In this document: piece by piece, positions 17,290 to 26,424 of the stretch
Numbering within the stretch: position 1 is the stretch's first letter
Layout: every line of letters begins with the position of its first letter
Origin: a virus
Lineage: Duplodnaviria; Caudoviricetes
Length of the DNA stretch: 46,124 nt
IMG/VR virus record: IMGVR_UViG_3300048577_000585
Span: 1-46,124 of that record
Strand: one strand, 5' to 3'
Program-made: the position numbers and the translations under genes
The notes under the pieces: generated by a model
Told to the model about the DNA's origin: nothing
The model's input: only the letters and a program-made list of their open reading frames with translations
Database searches by the model: none

Positions 17290-17322
17290 TTCAGGACGTT
17301 TCGCGACGCCCTGAATTTTTTT
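17290..17322 (+). terminator. Intrinsic terminator closing the accessory cassette
   Basis: TTCAGGACGTT-TCGC-GACGCCCTGAA followed by T7. Confidence 0.6.
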
Positions 17323-17328
17323 ATGCCT

Positions 17329-17362
17329 ATTTGATGCATTTACGCTTTTAGCGTGATACCGT
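17329..17362 (+). promoter_or_regulatory. Late promoter 1 (ATTTGATGCA-N14-GTGATAnnnT) with an embedded immunity operator
   Basis: Motif shared with 21633 and 43387; 17340-17358 is identical to 3184-3202. Confidence 0.75.
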
Positions 17363-17370
17363 TTAAGTGA

Positions 17371-18000
17371 ATGGGGGTGAGGACGATTGCCGCATATGAT
17401 TGGCCGAAGATCAAGGCCGAGTATATCTCGTCCTCAATTTCATTACGGGATTTAGCATCTAAACATGGCATTCCATTCCCCACCGTAAGGGACAGAGCAA
17501 AGCGGGAAGGGTGGACAGCGGAGCGTGACGCGTTACGTAACAAGATTGTGTCGCGCACGTTACAGAAAACTGCAGAGAAAGTGTCGACCAAAATTGCCGC
17601 TGGACTCGATAAGGAATACGCCATTGCGGACAAGCTTGCCGACGTGCTTGTCCGAGCCCTGGCAGATGATAAGCAGTTCAACCGGCATATCGTCAACCAG
17701 AAGATGCGCATCGACAAGATTGAAATCGGTACAGCCACCGAGAAGATATATGACAAGCTCGACATGGCTGCCGTTGCCCAGGCCGTCAAATCGCTGCAGG
17801 GCATAGAGACAACCAAGCGCCGCATCAAGGGCATTCTGACCGAGGCAGAGCGCCAGCATTATGACATCGAGCGTGAGCGCCTTGACCTGGAAAAGAAGAA
17901 GGCCGACCGGGGCGACGCGGATGAAGGGGAACACGGCGTTGTTGTGCTGCCCGATATAATCCCAGAACCGGACGAACCGGCGGGTGACGACGATGCCTAA
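17371..18000 (+). CDS. terS: Terminase small subunit (possible ATT start at 17386)
   Basis: YDWPKIKAEY..SLRDLASKHGIPFPTVRDRAKREGW HTH, directly upstream of TerL; GGGGGTGA precedes ATT 17386. Confidence 0.8.
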   Translation: MGVRTIAAYDWPKIKAEYISSSISLRDLASKHGIPFPTVRDRAKREGWTAERDALRNKIVSRTLQKTAEKVSTKIAAGLDKEYAIADKLADVLVRALADDKQFNRHIVNQKMRIDKIEIGTATEKIYDKLDMAAVAQAVKSLQGIETTKRRIKGILTEAERQHYDIERERLDLEKKKADRGDADEGEHGVVVLPDIIPEPDEPAGDDDA

Positions 18001-19429
18001 TGTGATATGGACTCCACAGCCGCGACAGGCGTTGTTTCAAAGCAGGCCGCAGTATGAAGCCTTATATGGCGGAGCTGCCGGCGGCGGGAAGTCTGATGCG
18101 CTTCTGGCCGAGGCGTTACGGCAGGTTACGATACCGCATTATCGCGGGATCATATTCAGAAAGACAGTGCCACAGCTGTCCGAGCTGGTTGACCGGTCAA
18201 GGGAAATGTACGAGGCGTCATTCCCCAGGGCCAAGTACAACGACAATAAGCACGTCTGGACATTTCCGTCCGGCGCGAAGATATACTTCGGCCACATGAA
18301 CCACACCAAGGACCGTACCAACTACCAGGGCAAGCGGTATGACTTCGTTGGATTCGACGAGTTGACGCACTTCACCTACGATGAGTATTCCTATATGTTC
18401 AGCCGAAACAGGCCGGGCGGCAAAGGAACGCGCGTTTATATCCGAGGCACAACCAACCCCGGCGGCGTCGGTCACGGTTGGGTGAAAGACCGGTTTATAA
18501 CGGCAGCTCTGCCCATGACGCCGATCAAGGGTGTTTACGATATCGTCAGCCCGGACGGCAAGATCATTAAGATCAAGCGCAACCGCATATTCGTTCCGTC
18601 GACGGTCTTTGACAATCAGATCCTGCTGCAGAACGACCCGAACTATCTCGCCAACCTGGCCATGCTGCCCGAGGCGGAGAAGAAGGCACTGTTATATGGT
18701 GATTGGAATAGTTTCCAGGGGCAGGTTTTTGCCGAGTGGATTGACGATGCAGCGCATTACGCTGACCGCATCAGAACGCACGTCATCACCGGCTTCCATA
18801 TACCCGACACCTGGCGTATATACCGAGGTTTCGACTTCGGGTATGCCAAGCCGTTCGCGGTCGGGTGGTTTGCGATTGACCACGATAAGCGCATGTACCA
18901 CATCCGGGAACTGTACGGCTGCACAGACCAGCCGAACACTGGTGTCAAGTGGACGCCACAGCAAATTGCCCAAAAGATCAAGCAGATTGAGGCCGAGGAC
19001 GAGAATCTGAAAGGGAAGTCCATCACCGGCATAGCTGACCCTTCCATATTCGACGAGTCCCGCGGGGAGAGCATCGCCGTCATGATGATGCGCGAGGGCA
19101 TCTACTTCGACAAGGGCGACAATAAGCGGCTGCCCGGCAAGATGGAGCTGCATTACCGCTTCGCCTTCGACCAGAACGGCATTCCCATGCTGTACGTGTT
19201 CTCGACCTGCCGCCATTTCATCCGCACGATGCCGAGCCTGGTTTATGACGAGACGGACCCGGAAGACGTAGACACGGACGGCGAGGACCACATTTACGAC
19301 ATGGTGCGGTATGTGGCCATGGAAAACCCGATAGCACCGAAGCAGGTCAAAGAACGCGCCGCCAAGCAGTATAACCCGCTGGACGACAAGCCTGCGTACG
19401 ATCGTTACGACTTTTATAGGGTGGGATAG
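17993..19429 (+). CDS. terL: Terminase large subunit
   Basis: YGGAAGGGKS, FDELTHF, TTNPGG, GFDFGY, DHIYDMVRY. Confidence 0.95.
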   Translation: MPNVIWTPQPRQALFQSRPQYEALYGGAAGGGKSDALLAEALRQVTIPHYRGIIFRKTVPQLSELVDRSREMYEASFPRAKYNDNKHVWTFPSGAKIYFGHMNHTKDRTNYQGKRYDFVGFDELTHFTYDEYSYMFSRNRPGGKGTRVYIRGTTNPGGVGHGWVKDRFITAALPMTPIKGVYDIVSPDGKIIKIKRNRIFVPSTVFDNQILLQNDPNYLANLAMLPEAEKKALLYGDWNSFQGQVFAEWIDDAAHYADRIRTHVITGFHIPDTWRIYRGFDFGYAKPFAVGWFAIDHDKRMYHIRELYGCTDQPNTGVKWTPQQIAQKIKQIEAEDENLKGKSITGIADPSIFDESRGESIAVMMMREGIYFDKGDNKRLPGKMELHYRFAFDQNGIPMLYVFSTCRHFIRTMPSLVYDETDPEDVDTDGEDHIYDMVRYVAMENPIAPKQVKERAAKQYNPLDDKPAYDRYDFYRVG

Positions 19430-19431
19430 TC

Positions 19432-21282
19432 ATGAAAAAACAGTTTCAAGCGCTCGGACACAATATTGCAATCGCTCCGGCACCGGCAGGCCCGGACCAA
19501 CGCATGATTGCCGACGTTGCCGCGGGTAACATGCAGACGGCTGCCGCGCTGAATATGGCGCCTCCGCCCGGTACGATTGGTTCTGAACAGATTCGCAAGG
19601 CGACAACGACGCTGCTGGAGTATCAGACCGGCAAGTCGAGCCTGGACAACCGCATCGTTGAGAATGAGCAGTGGTATAAGCGCCGCCATTGGGAGTACAT
19701 CCGGGCGAAACAGGCCAAGATCGGCGAGGTCGAACCGGCGTCGGCATGGCTGTTCAACAACCTGGCGTCGAAACACGCTGACCTGATGGACAATTACCCG
19801 GACTCGAACATCCTGCCTAGGGAAGCCGCCGACGAGGGCGAAGCGGACAGCCTGACGAGCATTGTCCCGGTTGTCATGGAGCGCAATGAATATGAGCAGA
19901 CGTATTCGGATACCGGCTGGTACTTCTTGAAGAACGGCCTGACCGCAATCGGTTACTTTTGGGACCCGGACAAGGAGAACGGACTCGGCGAGATCAGCAT
20001 CAAGAAGCTGAATATCCTCAATCTGTTCTGGGAACCCGGAGTCACGGACATCCAGGACGGCGCGAACTTCTTCATTGTGTCCTCGGTCAACGAGGGCGCC
20101 GTAAAGTCTCAATATCCGTGGCTGCCGGACGGTGCAAACACATCCATTACGGTTGTCGAATACCTTCACGACGAGAGCATTGACAAGACTAAGAAGAAAG
20201 TGATCGTCGATTGGTATTACAAGATTGTAACGGAGGACGGAAGGACGCTCCTGCATTACGCCAAGTTCATCGGTGAGTATTGCGTGTTCGCCAGCGAGAA
20301 TGCAACCAAACCGGACGGCTCTCCGGCGTATCCCAACGGCTGGTACGACCACGGCCTTTATCCGGTTGTCATTGATGTGCTGTACCCGGAAGAAGATTCG
20401 CCGGCTGGTTTCGGCCTTGTCGACCTGATGAAGGAGCCGCAGCTCTATATTGACAAGCTCGATAGCATCATCATGAGGAATGCTATGATGGCCGGGAAAA
20501 AGCGGTTCATGACAAGGGTTGACAGCGGCATTAACGAAGAAGAGTTCTGCGACTTATCCAAGGATGTCGTTCACGTGACAGGCACCCTCGATGAGCGCAA
20601 TTACAGGGAAATCGACGTTAAGCCCCTTGATGGATTTATCATCCAGCACAAGCAGATGAAGATCGACGAGCAGAAAGAGACGAGCGCCAACCGCGACTTC
20701 TCCCAGGGCGGCGTCACTGGCGGCGTCACGGCAGCATCGGCAATCGCCGCGCTGCAGGAAGCCGGGAACAAGAACAGCCGCGATATCAATAAATGCCGGT
20801 ACCGTGGCCACAAAAAGGGCGTCTACTTCGTGATCGAGTTGATACGGCAGTTCTACGACGAACCGCGCAAGTTCCGTATCATGGGCGACACCGGCGCGGC
20901 GGAGTACATAGCGTACAGCAACGCGAAGCTCAAGACCCAGACTCTTCTTCCGGCATATCCCGGAGCTGAACAGGCGTTCAGGACGCCGGTATTCGATATC
21001 AAGGTTGTTCCGCAGCGCGCCAACCCGTTCAATAAGGCCGCGCAGAACGAATTGGCCATGGCAATGTATCAGCAGGGCGTATTCGCTCCGCCGCGCGTCG
21101 ACGAGGCCCTTATCCTGCTGGATATGATGGACATCGAAGGCAAGCAGAAGCTGATCCAGAAGATCACGCAGAACGGCGAGGCCTTCAAGATACTGAACCA
21201 GCTCATGATGCTGATGCAGCAGGCGCAAGGTGGCGGACCGGCGCAACCCGGACAGCCACAGAAACAGGAGGAACCGTCATGA
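19432..21282 (+). CDS. Portal protein (podovirus/P22-like)
   Basis: 616 aa directly after TerL; Q-rich C-terminal helix; GVTAASAIAALQE. Confidence 0.85.
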   Translation: MKKQFQALGHNIAIAPAPAGPDQRMIADVAAGNMQTAAALNMAPPPGTIGSEQIRKATTTLLEYQTGKSSLDNRIVENEQWYKRRHWEYIRAKQAKIGEVEPASAWLFNNLASKHADLMDNYPDSNILPREAADEGEADSLTSIVPVVMERNEYEQTYSDTGWYFLKNGLTAIGYFWDPDKENGLGEISIKKLNILNLFWEPGVTDIQDGANFFIVSSVNEGAVKSQYPWLPDGANTSITVVEYLHDESIDKTKKKVIVDWYYKIVTEDGRTLLHYAKFIGEYCVFASENATKPDGSPAYPNGWYDHGLYPVVIDVLYPEEDSPAGFGLVDLMKEPQLYIDKLDSIIMRNAMMAGKKRFMTRVDSGINEEEFCDLSKDVVHVTGTLDERNYREIDVKPLDGFIIQHKQMKIDEQKETSANRDFSQGGVTGGVTAASAIAALQEAGNKNSRDINKCRYRGHKKGVYFVIELIRQFYDEPRKFRIMGDTGAAEYIAYSNAKLKTQTLLPAYPGAEQAFRTPVFDIKVVPQRANPFNKAAQNELAMAMYQQGVFAPPRVDEALILLDMMDIEGKQKLIQKITQNGEAFKILNQLMMLMQQAQGGGPAQPGQPQKQEEPS

Positions 21283-21617
21283 TAACGGTCAAATTCACAC
21301 AGAGCGCACGGACAATCCGAGCCACGACAGAAGGGCATGCGGATCTCAACCCTGGCAATGACCCGGTATGTGCTGCTGTCTCGGCGCTCATGTACGCGCT
21401 GAAAGGCAGCGTCGAAAACCTTATGCACAGCGGCAAGAAGAATTACCGCACCGAGCCGGGCATCTTCACGGTGAGGTATACCGCAGACACCGACGCTGCC
21501 GCAACGACCGCCGCATTTATATTCAACACCATCCTCATCGGCTTGCTTCAGATTCAGGCTACATACCCGGAGCAGGTCCACATCGTGCCGAAAGATAACG
21601 GCGCTCCGAAGCAATAA
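21279..21617 (+). CDS. Prp-family (DUF464, ribosomal-processing) cysteine protease acting as prohead protease
   Basis: EGHA....GNDPVCAAVSAL His/Cys dyad, GLLQIQATYPEQV C-terminus; lies between portal and scaffold. Confidence 0.82.
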   Translation: MITVKFTQSARTIRATTEGHADLNPGNDPVCAAVSALMYALKGSVENLMHSGKKNYRTEPGIFTVRYTADTDAAATTAAFIFNTILIGLLQIQATYPEQVHIVPKDNGAPKQ

Positions 21618-21632
21618 AAATATTTCCAGATC

Positions 21633-21666
21633 ATTTGATGCAATCGCCAAAAACGGGTGATACGCT
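21633..21666 (+). promoter_or_regulatory. Late promoter 2 (scaffold/capsid operon)
   Basis: ATTTGATGCA-N14-GTGATACGCT. Confidence 0.7.
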
Positions 21667-21671
21667 TAAAT

Positions 21672-21870
21672 TGCATGATGTGCCCTCCTTCATATTCGTC
21701 CGCGATTCCCGAAGAGTGGTGACCTTCGGGAATCGCGCGGACGGAACAACTTCGAATCTTGATAAGGGCCGGGTATAAGCGCCCGATCAGCGTAAGCACC
21801 CGGCCACATAAAAATACATTCGGCTCTATCAGGGCCTACTCACGGGTAAGACCGCGAAAGGAGATCAATT
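21672..21870 (+). ncRNA. Structured leader or ncRNA of about 200 nt upstream of the scaffold gene
   Basis: Perfect 14-bp stem 21701-21714/21724-21737; 8-bp stem 21767-21774/21798-21805; anti-SD CCTCCTT at 21684-21690. Confidence 0.45.
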
Positions 21871-22824
21871 ATGTCCAAGCTTTTGAAGCTGTTCCCGGTA
21901 TTCCTCGCCGTCCATGACGCAGGAGCGGCGGCACCCGGGGCAGCACCCGCAGCACAGGCCGGGACCCAAGCGCAGCCTGCCGTTGGCCAGCAGGCGAAAC
22001 CGGGCGAAGCAAAACCCGTTGTGCTTTACGGCAAGCAGCCGGACGGTACAGCTCCCGCCGCCGGGGAGAATCCGCAGCAGCCCACAGCCAAGACGCCGGA
22101 GCAGAGACGCGCCGAGTTTGAAGCGCTTATCAAAGGGGACTTCAAAGACGAGTTCACGGAGCGGACGAACCAGATCATCAACCGGCGCTTTGCTGAGACA
22201 AAGACGCTGGAAGATCAGTTGAAAGCGTACTCTCCGCTGACGGACACCCTCGCCGCCATGTTCGGTGTCGACGACAAAGACCCCGCCAAGCTTCTGAAAG
22301 CGGTCCAGAGCGACAACAAGCTGTTTGAAACGCTTGCAGATGCCGCCGGTCTATCCGTTGAGCAGTACAAGGACACCTTGAAGCTGCAGATCGACAAGGC
22401 CGCCGTGAAAGCCCAGCAGGAGGCTATTGCCGCCGAGCAGGACCGCGTTCGCAAGAACATCGAATGGCGCCAGCAGAGTGAAGCGCTGAAAGCGAAATAC
22501 CCGAGCTTCGACCTCGCCGCCGAGATAACCAACGAGAAAACTGGTGTTCGGTTCGCAGGCCTTCTCAATTCGGGCGTCGATATTCAATCTGCTTTCCAGG
22601 CTGTCCACTTCGACGAAATCATGAGCGGCGCGATCACGGCTGCAGGGCAAAAGACTGCTGACAACATTACCAGTACCATCCAGGCAAAGGGCCAGCGCCC
22701 GAAAGAGTCCGGCGCAGCGTCAACGCCAGGCGTGATCATAAAAAACGATCCGTCAAAACTTACAGCGGCCGACCGCAAGGATATTGCGGCCCGAGTCGCC
22801 AGAGGGGAAAAGATCACTTGGTGA
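21871..22824 (+). CDS. Capsid scaffolding protein
   Basis: A/P/Q-rich N-terminus, coiled coil, basic C-terminus (RVARGEKITW); precedes the major capsid gene. Confidence 0.8.
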   Translation: MSKLLKLFPVFLAVHDAGAAAPGAAPAAQAGTQAQPAVGQQAKPGEAKPVVLYGKQPDGTAPAAGENPQQPTAKTPEQRRAEFEALIKGDFKDEFTERTNQIINRRFAETKTLEDQLKAYSPLTDTLAAMFGVDDKDPAKLLKAVQSDNKLFETLADAAGLSVEQYKDTLKLQIDKAAVKAQQEAIAAEQDRVRKNIEWRQQSEALKAKYPSFDLAAEITNEKTGVRFAGLLNSGVDIQSAFQAVHFDEIMSGAITAAGQKTADNITSTIQAKGQRPKESGAASTPGVIIKNDPSKLTAADRKDIAARVARGEKITW

Positions 22825-22849
22825 TGCTCCCCTCGGAAAGGGGAATAAA

Positions 22850-24190
22850 ATGAAAAAGATTCTCAACATCATCTGCGCGGTCATTGCGCTTATCCTGCTT
22901 CCTTTCGCAATGCTCGTTGAGAGCAATCCGCGTCCTCTCCGCATCTTCCCGGCCATTCTGACCGTCCATGACAACACAAACGTCACGGGCGACAGCGGTA
23001 TGAACGATGAGATGAAAACATTCTATTCGACATACCTTATCGACTACGCTAAGCCTGAACTTATACATAACCAGTTCGGGCAGAAGCATCCGATACCGAA
23101 GAATGGCGGCAAGATTATTGAGTTCCGCAAGAAGACGCCGTTTGCCAAGGCCTTGACGCCGCTGACTGAGGGTGTAACGCCGTCCGGGCAGAAGCTCGCA
23201 TGGTCGACCATCACAGCGACCGTGAATCAGTACGGTTCATATGTGGAGCTCTCCGACCGTCTGATTATCGAGGCAATCGACAACAACATCCTGTATGCGA
23301 CCGAGAACTGCGGCGATCAGGCCGGACGGACGCTGGACACAGTTGTCCGGGAAATCCTCAACGGTGGCACCAACGTCCAGTATGCTGGCGGCCAAGTGGC
23401 GGCCCGGTACTTGCTTGTCGGTGGAAGCTCCACGGCAGCCAACAACCACTACTTAACCACGTATGGTATTGAGTTGGCGGTCCGCAACCTTAAGGCCGGC
23501 GGTGGCAAACCGATCAACGGGCACTTCGTCTGCATCGCCCACATTGACACGCTGTTTGATGTTATGCACGACAGCAAGTGGATCGAAACGAAGCAGTACA
23601 GCGACCCGAACAGTCTGTATGAAGGCGAGATCGGAGCATGGGGCAAGGTCCGATTTGTCGAGACGACCGAAGCCAAGGTATTCCATGCGGCTGACCTCGT
23701 TGCTTCCGGTGCCAATGCAAAAAGGACGCTCACGGTCGCGTCGTACAACGCAAAGGTCATCACGATTGATGAGGCTCTTGCCGCGGGTGACGCTACCGCA
23801 CTGGCTGGCCGCAAGATTATCGTTGATGGGTATCTGTACACGGTCGTTTCCGCTGCTGCCGGTGCTGCCGGGGCTGCGACGATCACGATCAGCGAAACCC
23901 CCTCCCACAACCCAGCAGACAACGATGTTGTGTATCCCGGTGAGGCTGGCGCTGCTGGCCGTGACGTTTACAGCTCGCTGTTTATAGGCGCTGATGCATA
24001 CGGCACCACCGACATTGACGGCGAAGGCCTGAAAACGATCATCAAGCAGCTCGGTTCTGCCGGTACCGGCGACCCTCTCGATCAGCGCGCGACCGTCGGC
24101 TGGAAGGCGTCCCTGGTGGCTGAACGGCTCGTCGAAGCCTACATGCTCCGTGTCGAGACGGCCTCCACCTTCGAGTTCGGAGCCAATTAG
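22850..24190 (+). CDS. Major capsid protein, N4-gp56 family, with a hydrophobic N-terminal propeptide
   Basis: IPKNGGKIIEFRK..LTEGVTPSG, GEIG....VRFVET, DPLDQRATVGWK; GAAAGGGG RBS before ATG 22850. Confidence 0.9.
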   Translation: MKKILNIICAVIALILLPFAMLVESNPRPLRIFPAILTVHDNTNVTGDSGMNDEMKTFYSTYLIDYAKPELIHNQFGQKHPIPKNGGKIIEFRKKTPFAKALTPLTEGVTPSGQKLAWSTITATVNQYGSYVELSDRLIIEAIDNNILYATENCGDQAGRTLDTVVREILNGGTNVQYAGGQVAARYLLVGGSSTAANNHYLTTYGIELAVRNLKAGGGKPINGHFVCIAHIDTLFDVMHDSKWIETKQYSDPNSLYEGEIGAWGKVRFVETTEAKVFHAADLVASGANAKRTLTVASYNAKVITIDEALAAGDATALAGRKIIVDGYLYTVVSAAAGAAGAATITISETPSHNPADNDVVYPGEAGAAGRDVYSSLFIGADAYGTTDIDGEGLKTIIKQLGSAGTGDPLDQRATVGWKASLVAERLVEAYMLRVETASTFEFGAN

Positions 24191-24252
24191 TCCAATGAAA
24201 TAACAACAGGGGCCGGTTATAACATACCGGCCCCACGTTGAATGAAGGGAGA

Positions 24253-24726
24253 ATGTACACAGTGACATCCGCAGATAAAGAAGTCGGTGCCCAGGCCACG
24301 ACCGCAGCGCCCGATACCGAGAAGGACGAGCTCCTGAAGCGCATTGAAGCGCTGGAGGCGGAGAAGAAGGCCGAACATGACCGCGCTGAAGCCGCCGAGA
24401 AGGAGGCAAAGGCGCTCGAAAAGAAGCTGAAGAAGGACGAAGCCGTCGCAGCCGCCGCCCAAGCCGCCGAACCGCCCAAGGATGCCAATGATTATCTGGA
24501 AGAGCGCATCACAGTCAACCTGTTCTATGACGGCGAGAAATACAAGGATGACGTTGACATCAGCGTCAACGGCGAAAGAATCCTTATCCAGCGCGGCAAG
24601 GACGTGCAGATCAAACGGAAACACGCGCTCGTCCTCCAGCAGAGCATGAAGCAGGACGATTTCGCCCGGGCCATCATCAAGCAGTTCATAGAGGAATATG
24701 CCGCGAAGGAAAAGGCGCTTTCCTAA
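24253..24726 (+). CDS. Head-module hypothetical protein (coiled coil plus small beta domain)
   Basis: GAAGGGAG RBS; follows the capsid gene; DISVNGERILIQRGKDVQI. Confidence 0.7.
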   Translation: MYTVTSADKEVGAQATTAAPDTEKDELLKRIEALEAEKKAEHDRAEAAEKEAKALEKKLKKDEAVAAAAQAAEPPKDANDYLEERITVNLFYDGEKYKDDVDISVNGERILIQRGKDVQIKRKHALVLQQSMKQDDFARAIIKQFIEEYAAKEKALS

Positions 24727-24736
24727 AGACACGGCT

Positions 24737-24772
24737 TTAGGGGATAGGGATAGCTCCCTGTCCCCTAATTTT
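24737..24772 (+). terminator. Intrinsic terminator after the capsid genes
   Basis: TTAGGGGATAGGGA-TAGC-TCCCTGTCCCCTAA-TTTT. Confidence 0.8.
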
Positions 24773-24793
24773 CATAAAGGAGGATAATTCGCA

Positions 24794-25048
24794 ATGAAAA
24801 ACCTGAAATTGTTCCCGGTGGATTTGACTATTCACCAGGTTAGAGCGATATCCACACCCGACGAGGACGGCGCGATTGACTACGTCTGCAATACAACGGA
24901 CGCTATGTCCACATGGCCGGACGCTGATCAGTGTGGCGCTGGCAGCATGATGACAATCGTCGACGAGACTGTCACGCCGCATCGGATTATCGGCATCGGC
25001 TGGTTTGACGGACTCGCCTGGGCGCTTCCGCAGGGGGTGAATCTGTAA
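24794..25048 (+). CDS. 84-aa virion protein with the putative Prp-cleavage leader
   Basis: AAGGAGG RBS; N-terminus MKNLKLFPVDLTIHQ resembles the scaffold and capsid leaders. Confidence 0.75.
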   Translation: MKNLKLFPVDLTIHQVRAISTPDEDGAIDYVCNTTDAMSTWPDADQCGAGSMMTIVDETVTPHRIIGIGWFDGLAWALPQGVNL

Positions 25049-26412
25049 TGCCGAAAGTAAAAGACAAACAAGCTCGGCTGCAGGGCGCGATTAATGGTGC
25101 GGCAATTAGCGAATTGGTGGACGGATATTTCTATAATTCCTGGGAAATCGGCGCCCTCCACACCGGCACTGGAGCGGACTACGCATCGACCACGCGCGTC
25201 AGAACGCCGTATATTTTCGTAAAAAAGGGAACACGGATAACCTTTAACGAGAAAAACATCATGGGCGGTCTTTTCATTTGCATATATACCCTAAACAAAA
25301 CCTATAAAAGCGGCAGCGGGTACTTCCAGGAGTATTTTGCCGAAGACGACTGCTATCTTAGGCTTACGAGCCGTTATCTTGACGACAGAACAATCACTGA
25401 CGCTTCGGCGTTTAATAACATCGTCAAGATTGAGGAAAAAGCCGCCGGTGTTCCGTTAGCTAAACCATACATCAGCGGCGACTTCAATAAGCTGTTTATA
25501 TCTGATGAGTGGACTAGGATTACAGGGGCGGCAATGACGGCTTCAACTATAACGGACGTATATGCAGGTTGGGAGACATTACGCCTGGCGAATACCGGCA
25601 GCATAACTCGGACGTTGCTTGGCAAAGGCGGCAACGCCAGCAATGTGGCAGATGCCGCCTTAGATATATATGAGTATACAATTTCACCGTCCGAGAACGG
25701 CGAAGGGACAGTGGCGAAAAAGTTGATCCCGCCTTATTTGGTGCTCATAACGGCAAATATGCACGGCGATGAGAAAACCACGACCTGGCAACTGCTTGAT
25801 TTCTTTACGCAAATGTATGCAAAGCTGGCTACTGATGAAACTATGGCTGCGCTGAAGTCAAGTGTGAAGTTTAAGATTATCCCGACTGTCAATCCCGGCG
25901 GTTATAATGCCAACACCAGAAATAATCTTCACGGTGTCAATCTTAACCGGAACTTCGACTATTTGTTCAGCTCGGCAACAGACGCAGACAAGGGCGTGGC
26001 TCCGTACTCAGAGCTTGAGTCGATGATCGTTAAGAACTGGCTTGCCGCAAACCAAGATGCCATAATGTATATCGATTTCCATAACATGAGCATCGATGAC
26101 GAAAATCTTTCATACATCAACTCACCGAACCGTGATATCCTACGGGTTTACTCCAGCGTTATCCGTCGGATGTCTGATGTTTGGAAGCGCCGTGGTATTT
26201 CGTACAGCGCCAATGTAGCTTATGGCTTTTTAGCAAATGATCAGTGGCCAATGGCTTGCCAGGACGCGTACTTCAATCATGGTATTACATACTCAACTAT
26301 CCTAGAGATTATACATACATACGGTACCCAGTATAGTGCCGATGTGCTCAGGATGGGGACGGAATTGTTCGGAAACTTCCTGTTCTCCATGCTGGATTTC
26401 ATTAGCCGTTAA
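25048..26412 (+). CDS. M14 zinc carboxypeptidase-domain protein, probably virion-associated
   Basis: HGDE, NPGG, TRNNLHGVNLNRNF, SELE, IDFH and TILE motifs; N-terminal beta-rich fibre-like region; TAATG coupling to the 84-aa gene. Confidence 0.85.
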   Translation: MPKVKDKQARLQGAINGAAISELVDGYFYNSWEIGALHTGTGADYASTTRVRTPYIFVKKGTRITFNEKNIMGGLFICIYTLNKTYKSGSGYFQEYFAEDDCYLRLTSRYLDDRTITDASAFNNIVKIEEKAAGVPLAKPYISGDFNKLFISDEWTRITGAAMTASTITDVYAGWETLRLANTGSITRTLLGKGGNASNVADAALDIYEYTISPSENGEGTVAKKLIPPYLVLITANMHGDEKTTTWQLLDFFTQMYAKLATDETMAALKSSVKFKIIPTVNPGGYNANTRNNLHGVNLNRNFDYLFSSATDADKGVAPYSELESMIVKNWLAANQDAIMYIDFHNMSIDDENLSYINSPNRDILRVYSSVIRRMSDVWKRRGISYSANVAYGFLANDQWPMACQDAYFNHGITYSTILEIIHTYGTQYSADVLRMGTELFGNFLFSMLDFISR

Positions 26413-26424
26413 AAACGCATATTT

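Noticed and set aside
24209-24234. Terminator after the capsid gene
   Set aside because: 9-bp GC stem but no U-tract; more likely an mRNA-stability hairpin.
19414-24409. Long minus-strand ORFs (for example 19414..20352, 23453..24409, and 42772..43770 elsewhere)
   Set aside because: Antisense shadows of GC-rich coding genes with no RBS or recognisable motifs.
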